Below, piece by piece: positions 61,780 through 64,000 of a DNA stretch of 64,000 nucleotides (position 1 is the stretch's first letter; each line of letters starts with the position of its first letter). The notes beneath the pieces are model-generated. The model was not told the DNA's origin. It did no database searches and was given only the letters and a program-made list of their open reading frames with translations. Source of the DNA: Mobula birostris. Its lineage: Eukaryota. Made by a program: the position numbers and the translations under genes. Where the stretch lies: positions 28,800,424 through 28,864,423 of the forward strand of contig NC_092398.1 of assembly GCF_030028105.1 (NCBI RefSeq). Direction: 5' to 3'.

Positions 61780-62345
61780 ATCATGATTCCCACTCCCACA
61801 TGTCGGTCCACGACTTCCTCTACTCCCATGATGAGGTCAGACTCAGGCTGGAGAAGCAACACCTCATATTCTCTATGGGTTACCTCCAACCTGATACCAT
61901 AAATTTAGACTTTATACCTTCAGGAAATTGTTTCCCCAACCTTTTCCTCATATATTCCACAATCTGCCTCCCCTCTTACCTCTTCGCTTATCTTCACCTG
62001 CCCATCACCTCCCTCTGGTGCTCCTTCTTGTTGCCTTCCCTCCACGGTCAACTATTCTCTCCTATCAGATTCCTCCTTCTTTAGCTGTTTCCTCTTCCAC
62101 CTATCACCTCCCTGCTTCTCACTTCATCCAGCCTCCTCCACCCAACCACCTTTCTCCGACTTCACCTATGGCCTGGCAGCTTCTTCTTCTCCCCTCCTTA
62201 TTCTTTCCCTTTCCTTTCCAGTCCTGATGAAGGCTCTCAGCCTGAAACATCAACTGTTTATTTTCCTCCATAGATGTTACCTAACCTGCAGAATTTCTCC
62301 ACCATTTTGTGTGTGTCTGTTGTTCTGGATTTCCAGCATCTCGTT
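61780..62345 (+). mobile_element. Penelope-like 3' end and tail
   Basis: RLRLEKQHLIFSMGYLQPDTINLDF, with a hammerhead-like motif near 62219-62256. Confidence 0.8.
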
Positions 62346-62505
62346 GCCTATGTTTAACTGCAGTGCTGGAGACCAGTGTTGTCAGTGCCTGCAAAGCAGT
62401 TATCAAGAGGTGCCGAATCCTACATCCTAAGGTACAATTAACCTCTGAGCAAAATCTTTCTGTTGCCGCACCTGCTTGGAAGAATGAAGAATGTCTGTGG
62501 ATTCA

Positions 62506-62511
62506 AATAAA
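62506..62511 (+). promoter_or_regulatory. Candidate polyadenylation signal of the MHC-like gene
   Basis: First AATAAA I found after the stop codon, in a non-repeat patch. Confidence 0.3.
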
Positions 62512-62574
62512 ATCTGTACAACACACTTTGTCATCCAGCAGCATGATAATTCAAGTTCAGAAAACTAAAATACA

Positions 62575-63511
62575 CACATCGGCCGCTTTATTAGATATCG
62601 CTTGTATATTTCTGGTCTTCTGCTGCTGTAGACCATCCTCTTCAAGGTTCGACATGCTGTGTGTTCAGAGATGCTCTTCTGCACCCCACTGTTGTAATGC
62701 ATGGCTATTTGAATTACTGTCACCTTCCTGTCAGCCTGAAACAGTATGGTCATTCCCTTCTGAACTCTCTGATTGACAAGGCGCTCTCAGACACAGAACT
62801 GACACTCACTGGCTTTTTTTTCCTTTTTCACACCATTCTCTGTAAACTGCTGTGCATGAAAATCCAACAGAGATCAAATTTCAAAACAAATTTAGTACAT
62901 AGACGCCAAATGTCAACCCTGGGATATTTTCCTTTGCTGGCATACAATAACCATACAAGAATTAATGAATGACCGCACCAACTTGGGGGAACTTTGTGCA
63001 GAAGATGACAAACTCTGCAAATACTAAAATGAAGAAATGATCATAAATAAGCAATAAATACCAAGATCAAGAGATGAAGAAATCTTGAAAATGAGTCCAT
63101 TGGTTGTGTCAGCATTTACAATGATGGGGCAAGTGAAGTTATCCTGCGGCTCCTGTACCACCTTCATGATGGCAGCAGCGAGAAGAGAGCATGTCCTGGG
63201 TGGTGGGAGTCCCTAATCATGGATGCTGCTTTCCTACGACAGCATTTCAAGTAGATGTGCTCAATGGTGGGGAAAGCTTTTCTCAGCAGCTTCTGAGATA
63301 CTCGAATGATCCCAACTAGCTCCAGAATTCATTCCACCATCAAAGTCACTTGGATCACATTTCTTCCCCATTCTGAAGTTGTTCTGAAGAACAACTGAAC
63401 CTCTTGAACATGCCTGCATGCTCCTAAGCATTGAGTTGCTGTGACATGATTGGCTCATTAGATATTTGTATGAACGAGCAGGTGTACCTTATAAAGTGGC
63501 CACTGAATGTA
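62575..63511. mobile_element. Tc1-like copy interrupted by Rex1-like sequence
   Basis: Decayed 5' TIR ggccgctttattag and 3' TIR taaagtggccactgaatg|ta. Confidence 0.7.
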
Positions 63512-64000
63512 TATGGAGTGTGAGAAGTTGCAGCTCCTATTTGTATGCTCGAAGGAGCTGCTCCTCAAGGTCTGACTGCACCTCAACCCCATGCTCATCA
63601 ACCACAGTCCCACAGCGTGGGAGGGTGGGGGCTGTAACTCAGGGATCTCTTGGTAGGCTCGATCCTGGGCCTTGCCAAAATGGCCACGCGCAGTTCCAGG
63701 CAGCAGGCAGTCAAGGTCTCTGCTTGTGCCGACTGACTGTCCCTCTTCCAGTATTACATTCGAGCTGGAGTGTCCATGGAGAGGTTAACATGCAATCTCT
63801 ATGGCACAACGGGGAATTTCTGTGAATGGGGCACCACCAACTTCCCCACCCCAGCCCACCGCCCCCCAGGGAATCGAGTGATTTGTAGACAACAGCAATC
63901 CTATTTTAATTTGAAGTTGTTTAGACACTTTTGTAAATCTCTGACCATTGTGTGTCTCTTGTATGGTCTAAAAAACAAAGCACGATCATTTGGCAAAACT

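Noticed and set aside
63466-63825. 119-aa ORF at the right edge
   Set aside because: It begins inside a Tc1 TIR and has no recognisable domain or splice structure.

Overview
Vertebrate genomic DNA, most likely cartilaginous fish (ray or shark). This is inferred from the repeat families and the GPR139-like receptor fragments, not from a search. Most of the window is nested retroelement and DNA-transposon debris: CR1, Rex1/Babar, L1, R4/Dong, Nimb/I, Penelope-like, Gypsy including a Gmr1-like element, Tc1, hAT and SINEs. The one apparently intact host gene is a 5-exon MHC-family gene on the + strand (40000-61344). I assembled it by hand from GT-AG, phase-1 exons into a 293-aa chain with class II-type architecture: leader, one groove domain, Ig-C1, TM and tail. 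It carries class I alpha2-type motifs, lacks the canonical groove disulfide and ends in a PDZ-type C-terminus, making it a candidate W-category or novel non-classical MHC chain. A frameshifted paralogous groove-domain exon lies 12 kb upstream (27517-27796). At 21.5-24.8 kb (minus strand) is a decayed LTR element in which gag is joined directly to a paramyxo/pneumovirus-F-like env, with pol deleted (lokiretrovirus-like). Many Penelope-type tails carry a minimal hammerhead ribozyme motif. Two 5'-truncated GPR139-like pseudogenes lie in the first 12 kb. Repeat boundaries are approximate unless a target-site duplication (TSD) is quoted. All family assignments come from motif recognition, not database searches.
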